From the human T2T-CHM13v2.0 reference genome, Homo sapiens: a stretch of DNA of 64,000 nt. Shown piece after piece: positions 15,033 to 32,916 of this stretch. The translations under genes were made by a program, and so were the position numbers. The notes below the pieces were generated by a model. It was not told the origin of the DNA. It saw only the letters and a program-made list of their open reading frames with translations, and did not search any database. Numbering within the stretch: position 1 is the first letter of the stretch; every line of letters begins with the position of its first letter. Location: the NCBI RefSeq assembly GCF_009914755.1, contig NC_060925.1; one strand, written 5' to 3'.

Positions 15033-17771
15033 GCCTGAGACTAGATGGATCTACAGTGGATAACCAACAGAAACAGAACAACAATTCCTGGTTCCATCAG
15101 AACATCGATGGCATACTTTTCAGGGTTGTTTCAGGCTAAATTGGAACATTGCGCTCAATGCTGAAGAATGATATTTGTTGTTTATCGTTTTACAGAATTC
15201 TTCTAACTCAGGCCCAAACATCTCCACACTGTCCCCATCCTCAAGCCCTGCTGTCCACCCCACCCCTATTTGTACAGGAGCCATTTAATAGAGCAAACAG
15301 TATTCGTTTGGCAGTTTATTTGTGCTGCACCAAAAAAAAAAAAACAGAGAAGCCAAAACAGAAAGAAAAAGGAAAAACAAAAAACCAGAAATGGAGAAGT
15401 GTTCCCTTTCCAGACAATCATGTAAGTATCCGTAATTAACTTATGTCTTTTTATAGAAGTTATGGATTTTTGTGTTTAAACACTGACCACAAAAAGTGAC
15501 TAGTAAAATCTCTGAAAAGTTAAGGGAAGTGCTTAAATTCCAATTTTAGTAAACTTGTGTCCAATTCAATTTTCTGTGATTTTTAACAGAAATGGAATGT
15601 TGGGGAGAACTGGGAAAAAAGGGTAGTATTCTGGTTTGCATGGTAGACCCCATGTGAACAGGTGTTTAAAACTCACTGCTAGGTAAACTAGATTCAAATT
15701 CAGAACTTTTGTCGAGCAATGAATATTTCAAACTTTTACTTTTTTTTTTTTTTTTTTTTTGCTGACAAAACCTTGTTTTTTCCCCCTTCCCTTTTTTTTT
15801 TTTTTTTTTTCCAGCAGGAAGGCACAATCATTCTACAATGCTGCCAAATATAACAAACATCTACAGATGGGTTGGTCTGCAGCTGGAGGCTTTAACTTTG
15901 TAGTATTTATTTGAAATATCCAAGCCAGCAGAGCAGGGCTAAAGCACAGTGGGCACAATTCACAATGTTTTGGCTCTGGAGCAAATAGCAGTTGAACTTA
16001 GTTTTTTCAGCTAAAATGGAATTTATGCAGATGTGCTTTGCACTAAATTCATTAAACAATTACATCCTGGTGCAGTTTTCACATTTTTGTAAAGGATCTG
16101 CATAAGCACTAATTAGATCTAAAACAATGTTACTGGGCAAATTACAGTGCCGATTGTTCGCCTCGGCTTGCATTCCACATCTGCTTTGCAATGATGATGA
16201 TAATTTAGGTGCAAGCAATACAAATGCCGGTTTTTGTTACATTTAATAGAAATATTTATTTAAAACATACTATAGATTAATTGATAATGTAACCATTTTT
16301 AAAGAGCCTCCAAATGTTTTCTCACGGACATTGAGTGGAAAAATGCAATCTGTGAAAATACAGTAGCTGAAACTTCTCACAATTGCTAACTGGCATTTCC
16401 TCAGTGAGGTTTGCTATTGAAAGGCAACTTTGCATTTCATTTGGCTTCAAGTACAAGCTGGGTTCGCTGAATTACAGCAGTGCCTTTGAGAGTGCAGCGG
16501 CATTTGACATAAAGGCATAAAGACTTTCCTAAACAGCTCCCAGTCGTGGCAACCCACGCTACCTCTTCTTTGGTCAATCAGTTTCAAAGGCTGACTTAGT
16601 ATTGGAAAATTATTTAATGGCTTAAGTATTTCAGATGTTAGAGTATGTTTTCTTTCTTCCATATTCATCTTCTTTCTACTTTGTATATCATTAAGTATAA
16701 GAAGGCATATTAACGTTTAAACATAAAATCAATTCTGCTGAAGCGAGGACATTCAGACAGGGTTTCTATGGCAACTTTGAATGTACCAACTTAATTCAGG
16801 GTTTGCTCCAACCCAGAGTCACCTCCATTATCACTCTCACCCTAGACATTCTTTAACTCGCCTGGCCAGCCATGTAGTCGGGAATCCTGAAGTGCGATCA
16901 CTCTGCTCCTGCCCAGGCTAACGGCTACGACGACTAGCTAGCATTATCTCTCTCCCTGGGAAGGAGGCCAACCTGGTGAATCAGTTTGGCTTCTGGTTTC
17001 CTAAAAACCACTCCTGTTGTTTGACTTTTTGAATGGGTTACTTTTATTGTTTGATAGAGCCAGACATACAACAGCAAGCTTGGTGCCAGCACTGACAAAG
17101 ATGAAAAGGCAAAATGAAACTCCGAGGGTAATTGTCATGAAAGTCCAAGTTTGGACATATCTCCTCTCTATGAGGGAACACTGTGCTAATTATTAATGCA
17201 AAGCACAGCCAGCATTCATGGTGCTCTCAAAATTTAGCATCCATGTTCATTCATTCAGTTTACTGGAGTGCTTCCCTAACCTTTACGCGGGACTTTCCAT
17301 TTCATTCTGCGGTTTTTGCTAGGTAAGAGGGATTGGAACTAGAAGAGTGATAATTTCTTCTACAGCCTTAATTGGTAAGCCTGAAAATGCTGTGCTGGTG
17401 GAATATGAAATTATATCCTCTTTGAAGGAAAACATAATTTAGCACCGGGGCTTTGGGTTGTTTGAAGGTAAAATGTATTATGCCTGTGGAAAAGGCAAAG
17501 CAATATTTGTAATAAAAGACGTCATTTTTTAAAGACTCAGAAAAAAGAGAATAATTAGTATTTCCTAACTTGAACCCAAAATTCTTCTTGATTCACCCTG
17601 GGAAGATGGTTGGTTCTATATTTTATTTCCATTTTGTGTTTTACCGTAAGGGGGAAAGAATGAGGATTTAATTTTTACCAAATTAAAAGTAATGTGAGAG
17701 TTATTTCCCAAACTCCCAAAAGCTGCCTTTGGGCTGGGGAAAAATGGAGAAAACTCTAACCAAAACACTGA

Positions 17772-18110
17772 AATTTATTTATTTATTTATTTATTTATTT
17801 ATTTCTTACTTATTTGTTTACTTACTTATTCATTTATTTGAGACAAGGTCTCACTCTGTCGCCCAGGCTGGAGTACAGTGGTACAATCTTTATTCACTGC
17901 AGCCTCCAACTCCCAGGCTCAAGCAATCCTCCCTCTTCAGCCTTCTGAGTAGCCAGCACTAGAGATGCATGCCACCACACCTGGCTAATTTGTAACAATT
18001 TTTTAGAGACAGGGTCTTGCTATTTTGCGAAGGCTGGTCTCCAACTCCTGGGCTCAAGCAATTCTCCCACCTTGACCTCCCAAAGTGTTACTGGTGTGAG
18101 CCACTGGCCA
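17772..18110 (-). mobile_element. Alu (AluJ-type) with (TTTA)n tail
   Basis: Alu consensus; TSD acactgaaattt. Confidence 0.92.
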
Positions 18111-19202
18111 AAGACACTGAAATTTTAGAAAGTTACGAACAGTGAAGGAGTTATTATGGTAACTTCTTCAGTCATAACAGCATTAATCATTCCCGTAGCT
18201 GAGAAAAAGTTTAGGTAACTTCTGAAGTGATAACTAAATGAAAGAACAGAGCTCTTGGCAAAACTGACTTAATGCAACTGTTGTACCTTTTGGCTAAAGG
18301 GAATCTAATTTGTGGTTTGATGGCACAGACGATACCATTTGCTCCTCCTAACTTTCTAAGTTGCTGGATAGTGACCATCTATGGCCCTATGGGGCCAGAG
18401 GCAACTCTGGGTTCTATTTTACCTCTCTCCTTCTTTCTTGGCCTTCTTCTTTCTCCCATTCCACAAGAGTTTCTGGTTCTTTCTCTGGGCCAAGGAATCT
18501 ATTAGGCACTGTAGAACCAGAGACGAGTATGCCAGAGGACCTGCCTTTGTGGATTCACACTCTGGTAGGGAAGAGTCACGCATCCTTATCCAACAGGGCA
18601 CAGACTTGTCATCCCTGATAGAGATCCTAGGCCATGTACTGGGAAAAACCCAGAGGTTGGGTGGCTATAGTCGTTAGGAAATAATCTTACTTCCTGGACT
18701 ACTTTGTATTTGCTGGATTGAACTCCTGAATTTTATTAGTCAGAACATATTATCCAATATTATGTTACATATTATTGCATATCTGATATAATATTACATG
18801 TATAAACTGATCCACTAATGTCCATCAGGACAAATACAAATTGTTGTAATTGAGGATGCTGATAATGGAGGATGACGTTCCTCAGCCCTCAGAGTGTCTC
18901 TTCATAAGGCCTTGTAGAAATTGCCAGCATTAAAATTCCCTCTTAAATGAATCTTCTTTAAGGAGCTTATCCTTTTAACCAGTTTAACTTTATATTAACT
19001 GGATTAACTTTAAATCATCAGCACTTTCAGGCACTTCTGGTAGAAATTTGCCAGTCTAGATGTTGCTTCTGCGCTGGTCGAGTGGCTATGTCTCTCCTTG
19101 TAGTGGTGTCATCTGTGTGTCCCAGACAGCAAGAGCTCCTTGCTGTATAAGAGAGGAGAATCTCACATTTGGGCTTCTGTGTCAGAAAGGCTAACACTAT
19201 AG

Positions 19203-19577
<375 letters not shown>

Positions 19578-20609
19578 TGATGCCTGGTGGCCCTACAAGA
19601 GAAAGCTTAAAGGGTGGACATGAGCCTAAGAGACACTTACACTTAATTTTACCTGGAATTTGCCCTGCCCATTAGCTTCTTTAAAACAGTCAATAAAACA
19701 CATGTATTAGGAGGAAGTTCAGAACTGGGCTGGGCTGTCCTTTCTGTACACATCCGATTCTGGTTGGTTTGACAACATTTTAAAGCACCTACTATGCGGC
19801 AAGCTAGTATGATTTAAGGATATCACAAGGCTCAAAAAGTTTGATCCCTTCTTGCCTTCAAACTCTGCTTAGTGGGAGCGGGAATCATATATGCCATTCT
19901 GCACAGCACAAAGCATAGCACATTATCTGGTACATGGTAGGTGTTTTCTGCATATTGGAGATAGACACCTAGCAGATCATTTCAATATAAAACAGTAGGT
20001 AAGGGAAGCAATGAACGTCTGTAGAAGAGTCCCCAACCCAATCTCTTTGAGTCCTAAAGGATTTGTATATGTTAACTGCGCCAAGAAAACTGGAGAGGGC
20101 TTTCAGACGGAGGGAATGGCATAAACAGAGTCATGGAGATATGAAAAGACATGGTGTTTGGAAAAACTACAAGTAGTGTGGTGTTATTAAAACCTAGAGG
20201 TTGATGCGGATCACTGGGAGATAAAACTTGAGAAGCAGATACAAATCAGACTTGTCCTGTGGGCCATACTGAGGACCTTGGGTTTTACTCTGTAGGCAAT
20301 GAGAAAGCATTTGAAGTGTTTTAAGCACCAATCACTCTCATGTATGATATTATCTCACTGCCTTGTAATAATAATTGCTCATATGTATTGAATGTTGTTT
20401 GCTAGGTGCACATCTCAATGCTTTACAGGCCTTTTCTCATTTTACAGATGAAAACCTTGACACCGAGAGATTAAGTAATTTGCCCAAGGTCACAGTTTTA
20501 AGTGCAGAGCTTGGACTTGAACCCAGGTCTGTCACTGCAGCAAGAGGCAAGGAGAGTGTGCAGGATTTCACAGAGAAGTATAATAATACCATGGTTTTTG
20601 ACATTGTTA

Positions 20610-22010
20610 GTCATCACAGGGGATGTAAATCAAAACCACAAGGTACCTGTTTATACCCACCAGGATGGCTAGAATAAAAAAGTCAGATAACAAGTTTTGG
20701 AAGGATATGGGAAAGTCAGAACCCTCATATATTTCTGGTGCAAATGTACAATGTTTCAGTTGCTCTGGAAAACAGTCCGGCAGTTCCTCAACTGATTAAA
20801 CATGGAGTTACCATAGAATTCAGTAATTCCGCTCCTAGGTATATGCTATAGACTGAATGTTTATATGTTAAAACTCATATGTTAAATCCTAATGCCCAAT
20901 ATTTGAAGGTGAGGCTTTGGGAGGTGACTAGGTCATGGGGGCAGATCCCTCATGAAGGGAATTAGTGTCCTTATAAAAGAGGCCCCATGGAACTCCCTTT
21001 TCTTTCTGCCATGTGAGTTTATATCAAGAATATGGCCGTCTATGAACCAGAAAGTTGGTCCTTACCAGACTTGGAATCTGCCTGCTATGCTTTGGTTCTG
21101 TGTCCCCAGCCACATCTCATCTCAACTTGTAACCCCCACGTGTGGAGGGAGGGACCTGGTGGGAGGCGACTGGATCATGGGGATGGCTCCCCCATGCCAT
21201 GCTCATGATAGTGGGTGAGTTCTCATGAGATCTGATGGTTTGAAAGTGCAGCACTTGCGCTTTGTGCTGTGAGTCAATTAAACCTCTTTTGTTTATAAAT
21301 GACCCAGTCTCAGGTAGTATCTTTATAGCAGTGTGAAAATGGACTAATACATTGCCAGTACCTTGATCTTGGACTTCCCAGCCCCTAGCACTGTGAGAAA
21401 TAAATTTCTGTTGTTTATATGCTGTCCAGTTGATGGTATTTTGTTATAGAAGCCCAAAGAAACTAAGACAGTATATAGCCAAGAGAAATAAAAACCCACG
21501 TCCACACGAACATTTAAACATGAGTGTTCAGAGCAGCATTGTTCATGTAGCCAAATGGTGGAAGCAACCCAAATATCCATTAATGGGTGAATAGATAAAC
21601 AAAATGTGCTATATCCATACAGTGGAATTTCATTTGGCCATAAAAGAGCATAAAGTATTGTTATTGATATATGCTACAACATGGATGAACCTTAAAAACA
21701 TTATGCCAAGGGCAATAATCACAAAAAAAATATATACTATGTGATCCAATTCATATGCAAGTCGAGAATAGGAAAATCAACAGAGGCAGAGAGTACATTA
21801 GTAGTTGCTTAGGCGCAGGGGGAATCAGGCGAATGAGAGGCAATGGCCAAAGGGTACAAAGTTTCTTTTTGAGGTGATGAAAATGTTCTAAAATTGGCTA
21901 TAATGGCGTTTGCACGTATCTGTGAACATACTAAAAACCACTGAATTGTACACTTTAAATGGGTGAACTTTATGATAGGTGAATTATAGCTTAATAAAGC
22001 AGGTTTTAAA
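20610..22010 (+). mobile_element. L1M 3' fragment interrupted by nested MaLR LTRs (outer MLT1/MST ~20845-21470; inner MST/THE1 ~21083-21351)
   Basis: L1 motifs on both sides. Outer LTR tgctatagactgaatg...ctaagaca with gtata TSD; inner LTR tgctatgctttgg...ggactaataca with ctgcc/ttgcc TSD. Confidence 0.75.
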
Positions 22011-22199
22011 AAGAAGCTTTCAAGTTCTCTGAAAGGAGTCGTATTCAAAAGGTCCCATGGTACAACACATTTTTAATGACCCTCAAATTGATCATCTTGA
22101 GTGGGAGGGTGGTGTTTTCTTATGAAGCTCCATCGAAAGGGTCATGTGTAGGAATCAGAATATTTGGGTTTTTAAATAGTGAGTTTACAATAATTCATT

Positions 22200-22500
22200 A
22201 TTTTTTTAATTTTTATTTTTTTAGAGACAGGGTCTCACTCTGTCTCCCAGGCTGGAGTGCAATAGTGTGATCATAGTTCACTGCCAGCTTGAGCTCTCAG
22301 GCTCAAATGATCCTCCTTCCTCAGCCTCCTGAATAGCTAAAACTACAGGTGTGCACCACCATGCCTGTGTAATTTTTTTTCACTTTTTTTGTAGTGACAT
22401 TGCCCCATCTCACTACGTAGGCTGGTCTTGAACTGGCCTCAAGTGATCCCCCCACCTTGGCCTCCCAAGTGCTGGGATTACCTGTGTGAGCCTCCATTCC
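22200..22500 (-). mobile_element. Alu (AluJ-type)
   Basis: Diverged Alu consensus. Confidence 0.88.
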
Positions 22501-22894
22501 CTGCTGGAGTCAGAATATTTGGATTGAAATCCCAGCTTTACAAGTTTCATAACATTGGACAACTTACTTAACTTCTCTCTAAGCAGCCTTTTCCTCATCT
22601 GTCACATGAAAACAATACTGGTGAGCATCTACTTTGTAGGGTTGTTGCAAGGACTGAATGAGAATGGTTGCATAGCACCCAGTTAATGCCTGGTTCCAGT
22701 AGGTGCTCAGTATACACTGCTCATTACTATTAGTAATAACCATGTTAGTGTTCATTATAATAGTAATGGAATAAATGACTCTGTAAAATAATCTCTTCAG
22801 ATTCCAACAAAACAAATAATGAGATTAATAAAAACAAAATCAACTCTAATGGTTTATTTGATTTTGTCATGGAGACGGATTTCGTCCTAGAGCC

Positions 22895-23910
<1,016 letters not shown>

Positions 23911-24221
23911 TTTTTTTAAAGCCATGGTTGCCTGCATTATTAGCTCTGTGTCTGAGAGGTGATACAGGGTCATGATGAAGAGCTGCTTTGGACTTCCACA
24001 GACCTGGATCTGAACTCTGTTCCACTGCAGTCTAGCTAAGTAACCCTGGTCAACTTCCTCCAGACTCCACTTTTCTAAGATGGAAACTCTATCAGGTTAG
24101 GAAAGACTGCTTTATCCAACAGTGAAATGATAACTAAAGAAGACTATGCCTGTGCTACCTGTTTAATTTTTTTTCTAAAGTTTTGTTAAGTGGCTGTCTT
24201 AACTGTTACTAATTTTTATCA

Positions 24222-25543
<1,322 letters not shown>

Positions 25544-26836
25544 ACATATAACATTATTGTTTTTATAGCTCAAATAAGTGGCAAAAGTTAGCTCTAAGGA
25601 AGAGGAATATCTAGGTTTTTTTTTTTAGTAGTACAGCAATTCTTCATTCTTGTCCCAATGTTTGTGTTTGGCTATTATCAAAGAAACATGATAGGCATAT
25701 GGCTTGATGATTAAAATGGTAACTGATAACGGGTCTGATATATTGATCTTTTATTTCGTCTCCTAGATATAATGGCTTTGAAACAAAAATATACATGGGC
25801 TAACTGCCTTATTTTCTTTTCTGCCTCTTATTTTATTAAAGCATATGTGAAATATCCTTTACTTTGTGCTGGGTCCCCCTCCCCCGATTTTCCTCAAAAG
25901 CAGATTTTTAACTATGAAGATGGTGCCCCTGAAACACTATAAGGAAGCCCTGTTTTGATAAAATTAATAACAGTGAAGACAGCCATCTAACAAAACTTTA
26001 ATTAGGGAATTCTCCTTCCATCTTGGAGTGCCTACAGTGTTGAATGTGATTTAAATACTGCGGGCCCCACTTGCATTCACCAGACAGGCTCCTGCTGGGG
26101 ACAGTGCTGTGTCATTAAAATGGAGTCCACTGAGAGAGACAATAGTCACACTGTACAGAAGCATGAAAGCCATGGCAAGTATTTTTCAGCCTTATCTCAA
26201 GACAGTCATGTAATATGTGCTTACAGATTTGATTGATCTGCTCCATGGGACCTCTCTGCTTCTCCATGAGAGTTTGTGTTTGATTTCTCAGGACAGTGGA
26301 GTGTGGTGGTGACAACCTGAGAACCAGGACCCAGGAGGCACAGGGGTCCTCAGGTTCTGTTGCCTGTAGGCCTGGGACTTGAACTTGTCACCAACCCTCA
26401 TGGAGTGTCAGCTGCCATGGCTGAACAATTGGGAATAATGAATGCACTTGAGGGCAGATGAGAAGGTGCCCTCAAAAGAGCTCTGGGAATAGCACCAAGC
26501 TGAAGCATGTGTGCAAAGGGCTCTTCTGTTTTCTGGGGCTCCAGCCTCCCTCAAGGTTGATGGGCCTTCTCCACTCCGCCCCATCCTGCCTGCCCCGCCG
26601 GCCCCTCTCCTTGCCTGCTGTGGCACCACTGAGCCACCACTGGAAAATGACCTGACTGTGGTCTTCTTTGACAAACTCAGTAACAAAGATGCCCGCCCAA
26701 CAGTGGACCTCATGGTCGCTTAAAGAGTTGAGAAGCCACCTCCCCACATCTTCAAGGGGCACAACAGACCTGGGCGTTTTAGTGTAATATTTAATTTATT
26801 AGAATGACAAATGTAAAAGCCCAGTTTCCTAGAGCC

Positions 26837-27070
26837 TTTTTTTTGTTTTTGTTTTGTTTTGTTTTGTTTTTTTGTAGAGACAGAGTTTCGCTATGTTAGC
26901 CAGGCTGGTCTCCAACTCCTGGCCTCAGGCAAATTCTCTGTTACCCAGGCTGGAGTGCAGTGGCGCAATCATAGCTTACTGTAACTTCAAACTCCTGGCC
27001 TCAAGGGATCCTCCCCCATCAGCCTCTTCCAAAACACTGGGATTGCAGGCATGAGCCACCTCACCCAGCC
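26837..27070 (-). mobile_element. Rearranged/composite Alu fragments
   Basis: A left-arm piece is joined to a right-arm piece that returns to left-arm-like sequence. Confidence 0.75.
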
Positions 27071-28169
27071 CTTTGAGTAGTTTTTGACTGGCTTGAGTTG
27101 AAAGGACTAAATTCCCCTTAAACTATTAGTGCCATTTATGTTAATTATTAGTTTCCTTTAAGCATTTTAAACTGCAGTGATAAACTTAATACACTTAATT
27201 AGCTTTCTAAGCAACTCAAATATCTGATCTGGCTTAAGTTAATAACCCTAACAAACAAAACCTTCCAACGATTTTAAAGTTTTATAAATCTGGTTAAATT
27301 GGGAGTTATGAATATTGTGACTGTCAAGTTCTATCAAGTATTCTAATAGTGTTTAAAAGTTAGTAAACTTATAACATTCAGTTTACCACTTAAAAGTCTC
27401 AAAATCACACTTATAAAATTGTAGTCGGCAGGTTGCGGAGCACGAAAGAGGTGCAGGGCCAAGGTGACCTGGGTTGTGGGTTGACAGAGACTATGTCTTA
27501 TGTCTTACAAAGAGCTGGATTGTGTACATAGGACAGTGGGAGGGTGGTGGGGGCGGAGAGAGAGAGGCGGCAGGTAATTCTGTTTTACATGCAAATATCG
27601 AGAAGTGTCTAGTAGGCAGCTGGAGATATGGGACTGAAGGTTGAGGTAAAGATTTCATTGTCAGAGAGAGTATAGGGAGAGGAAAGAGCAAAGGTCCAAC
27701 TGAGCCTAGGACATTGGGAGCCCCACACAGGCTCATGATGGACCCAGAGAGTAAATCAGGGGAACAACACAGCCAGTCCACAGCTCTGGGCCCTGTGCTT
27801 TCACCCTTTTGGAGCGGAAAGGCAACCCCGGAGGAGCTGTGGCTGACCTTGCACTTGCCATGATCGTACCGTGTTAGCTGTGATGTCTTTAACTTTGGGG
27901 CTCAAGTTTCCCCCTCTGTGGGATTGAGATGATAATAATGGTTTCTACTGTAAGAGAAGAAAAGAAATTGCTATTCAAAGTCCAACTCACTTCTAAGGAA
28001 AATGGCTCTGTAAAAACAGAAATTGACTAAGCACAAATAGGCCCGGGATATAGGAGCGGATGCCAGGGAGGGGCTTGTAAAATCAAGAGGAATTTGAACT
28101 TTCCTGGGACTATTTGTGGGCATGGTGAGGAAGGGCTCAAGAAGGGAGGCTGGGGTGGAGAGAAGACCA

Positions 28170-28442
28170 GGCTGGCCACTGAGGCAGCCATGAGCCACGT
28201 TTGGCTACTGAGCTCTTGAAATGAGCTCAGTCAGTGTAAAATATACACAGTGTTGAAAGACATTATGAAAAAAGAATGTTAAAACCATCATTCATACTTT
28301 TAAATTTTGATTACATGTTGAAATTCAAATTCCCAATATTGGATAAAATAAGGAAGGTTAAAATCAATAAATTAATTTTTAATACCACTACCAGGAAATA
28401 TTAAATTGCATACGTAGATTGTTTTTCTGTTGGATGGTCTGG
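28170..28442. mobile_element. MER3/MER33-like hAT-Charlie MITE
   Basis: agccacgtttggctactgagctcttgaaatg...tgtaaaatatacac...ttgattacatgttgaaat. Confidence 0.6.
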
Positions 28443-29559
28443 GTTACAGTTATTAATAAAAGGAAGAGTCAAATGTGCCCTATAATAGAGTGGGTGATTT
28501 TATTTTTAAAGCACTGTGATGTCTAATATTCAATTTGAACTTGTTTTGAGCCATAGCCATGTAAACATCCTCTTTGCCTCCCTCCAGATCTTTGCATAAG
28601 TCTATTCCATACTTAATTTGCTCTTTGTGAGTGCATTTTCTGGGAGCAGAAATTAAGTTTCACCTCTGGGTCTCTGGTACAGTCCAGTGACAACACTTGT
28701 AGGACGAGGTGATCATGAGAAAGACAGATTTTCTATACCAGGAATTCATAGGTTCCTTGGTGGGGGGTTTAACTTCTGCAGGATGAAGATTTGGAGCTCT
28801 GAGCCAAAATCATCTAAGTGTCAAGAGGTAGCAGTGCTCCTGCAGCCATCTGGGTGGCATCGTTTTGTAGGAGTTGTTAAGTTTATAGGTGAGAAGTTTA
28901 GAAGGCACCTGGTCTAATCCATAAGAAAGATCAGCGACGACAGGATCCAAGCCCCCATGATGAGTGGGAGGAATTGTCTGCCCATCACTTTAACTATCTA
29001 TTATTGGCTGACTTCTGGGATACTCTGAGTAAGCAAGGTGGATGAGATTGGGGAAGGACTTAGTGACCAAATGCAAACATAAATGCGATGTGGGAGGCAG
29101 CAGAGCCTTTCTGTTAGAGCAGTTTGTGGTCTGTACACCTCCTGTGTAGAGCTGATGTTTTCACACTCATCCCCGACACCCTCCTGCTATTTAGGGCTAA
29201 CGCTCGACCCATGGATTATTGAGGGAGGGAAAATATTGCTGCTGCTGAGACCCTAGGGTTTGATCACCCATGCCTTCTGTATCTCAGTTCCCATCCAGAC
29301 ACCTGTTACACATTTTTACAGCAAGCCTCACACTCACACAGTAGTAGTTTCAGGAGAAAAGACTTCCTGGAACTATTCAAATATTTTGTCAAAGTCTCTC
29401 TCTCTCTCTCTCTCATTGGAGGCTCCATTCTTTTTTCTACCTTCTGGCTTTGAGGCAAGAGAAGAAGATTCCATGAAGCTCACATTCCAACATTGGAGAC
29501 AGCATGGAGCTGTCAGTGACCTCCCCACTTCCAAGCAGAAATCGTCACATGTAAGAAGG

Positions 29560-29910
29560 TACGGGTCCATAATCCCTCATCTGAAATGCTTGGGGCCAGA
29601 AGGGATTCGGAATTCAGGAGTTTGCAGATTTTAGAAAGGTAACATGGTGCATAAATCCTATAACATGACATCCTAGGAAGACTTGGGGCAGCACTCATAA
29701 GCAAACTCATCGATGTTTCTGCAGTGAAACATACGAAGATTCACTCAGTGAAATAAATAAAGACTCCAAATAGCCTCATCTCAGTTCAGGACAAGCTTTG
29801 ATGCCATATGAGTTTGTTCTTCACTTACGAAAACAAACAAACAAACAAATCTCTTTGATTGTCAGAGCTCTTGGATTCCCTAATACAGAGGTGCAAATGT
29901 GGGTGTGCTA
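29560..29910. mobile_element. MER46C-like Tigger-derived element
   Basis: atccctcatctgaaatgcttggggccagaag...cagattttagaaaggtaa...aaataaagact..aaatagcctcat. Confidence 0.65.
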
Positions 29911-30239
29911 CCAATGCCACGGCTCTGTTGGTGCTCAGCTGAGCTGGGCATGCCAATATGAGCTTTACTCCCACTAGCAGTGCTCTAGTGGATCCTGCTG
30001 GCCCTAGAAAATCTTCATTCTAACTTTGGCATATCTGAGTCATTTGCTGTCATGTAGTTAGCCAAAGGCTCTGAGAGTCTTCTGAATTTGAGTTCCCTAA
30101 ACAGCCTGTACCCATCGCTCTTATGGAGGTCGGCCTAGGAATGTTTTCTTTTCTGCCTTCTACCTTGGAGTATTATGGAGAATAAAGTATTTGTATTCTT
30201 GGTGTTTGGCTTCCCAGGTAGTTCATGAATTTTTTTACT

Positions 30240-30380
30240 TTTTTTAAGAGGAAAATGTTGCCCAGGCTGGAGAGCAGTGGTTACTGATAGGCACAATTAT
30301 AGCACACCGCAGGCTTGAACTCCTGGGTTCAAGAGATTCGGAGCAGCAGGGACTACAGGTGTGCATCACTGCATCTGGCA
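30240..30380 (-). mobile_element. Free Alu monomer (FAM/FLAM-like)
   Basis: A single old monomer with a 7SL-like middle. Confidence 0.7.
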
Positions 30381-30643
30381 ATTCATTTCTATTTAACAAA
30401 CACTTTAATTGCATGCAGTATGTCAGGTACTTCTTTAAGACAGGGACAGTTATGATCTTCATTTTACAGGTTAGATGATGCCCAGGAGGGTTGAGGAACT
30501 TGCTCAAGGTCACATAGGTATTTAAGTGGTGGAGGAGGAATTAAAATCCACGAATCTACCTCCAGAGTCTGTGCTCTTAATCATTATATCATACTCCCCT
30601 ATGAAACACTGGGTTTACAGAAGGTTAAAAAAATGGTACACAT

Positions 30644-31007
<364 letters not shown>

Positions 31008-32579
31008 TTACTCCTTCCAGAGAGTTAAACTGTACCTTGAAAGCATTAACTTTCCATCTGTGGCCACTTCTACCTCAAAATAAGATTCAATATAGATTCT
31101 CTATTTTTAAAGAATTGAAAACTAAATAAAAACTTGTTGCCCCAACAATTATATATTGTAATAGAATAATTTGAACTTGAGTCATATTTATAAGGATAAA
31201 CTGAATTTCTAGAACTTGGGAATCATTTACATTATAAAGAACTTCCTTACTCTCTTCTGTGCATGAATAGGCTTAAAATACAGCAATGACTATTATTGTT
31301 CACAATGCTATAGCTGTTACTTGGAACATACGAAGTGCTCTAACATCACAAATTAATTGTTAATGAGAATATTGCTATTGAAGAGTTGTATTGTTCAGAG
31401 GGAATATGATTGTTCCATAGAAAAGATGGTGTCTCTTATGTTGTTGTAATCTTGGGTAGATAAGCAAAGCCAGTGTCTGTCCAAGTCATGAGGTACCTCA
31501 GACTCCCCTTTCTGTTTTAGGTATGTTTGAACTGAACGCGTTCAGGATGCAACGATCAAAACATATCTTCCCAATGTTATGGAAAAGGAGGATCAAATCC
31601 ATTTTGATTAGAAATCTATACTCAGCAAATCCATCTGTTTCTATACATTTGTACTTATTTTATCTTCATTTCTTACTAATGAAGTTTCACTTGGAAAATC
31701 CCAATCTTGCCTCCACTAAATTAGGAAGAAAAGAGATAGGGATGCGCTGAGGCTGGACTACCCGAAGGCATCGGGGTGTCCAGAGAAGCTGGGCTTGAGG
31801 GAGGCAGCAGCTCCAACACCTTAGAGCCTTGGGAACAGTCCCTGTGACAGCCACACTGATTGAGAGGAAAAAGCACAGCGGGAGAAGTTGATCTCTTTCC
31901 ACTGGGAGATTGATCTGCACTAGGTAAGTCTATTAATCCATAAAGCCTCTTCATCTCTAGAGTCTGTGATTTCTTGTCTTCTCTAAAAGTCCTAGGCAAA
32001 ACAGACATTTATTAATGGTATGAAACAGGCACTATATTGCAGTACAAAACGAAAAACGACCTCCACGTCTCAGTGCCTTTTCTCACTCCTGAGGTCCGCC
32101 GCAGGCTGGGTGACCCTCCCTGGCACCCGCCCTTCATGCTGTAACCGGTGCAGCTCTGCCGTCTCGGCAGGAGGTTTCCTTGACTGCCTGGGCAAGGGAT
32201 GAGACAGCTGGAGCGTTGGGCGCTGCCTCTTCGATTCTGACCTGTAGGATTCACAGGTCCACAGTCCATCAGACAGAATTAGTCACAAGGCTCCACCTAA
32301 GGGAAAGTGGGGTGGGCAACACTGTCACACTCGTCAGAAAGAGAATCATTTATGCAAAAATGAATAGGTTCCAACCCCTTTCTCTTAGGGTAAACTCAAG
32401 GAACTGTAGTGAGAGTGGCGTATTTGTTTGCAATATTATTATTCATAGATGCCAGGATGCATGGAAGTGCTAGAAGGCAGGGCGGTGTTCTGTGCGTCTT
32501 GATATCCCTCCTGCCTGCCACAGTACATGGCATGTGAAAAAAAGCTCAACAAAGCCTTAACAACTAAGCTAATGAATAA

Positions 32580-32916
<337 letters not shown>

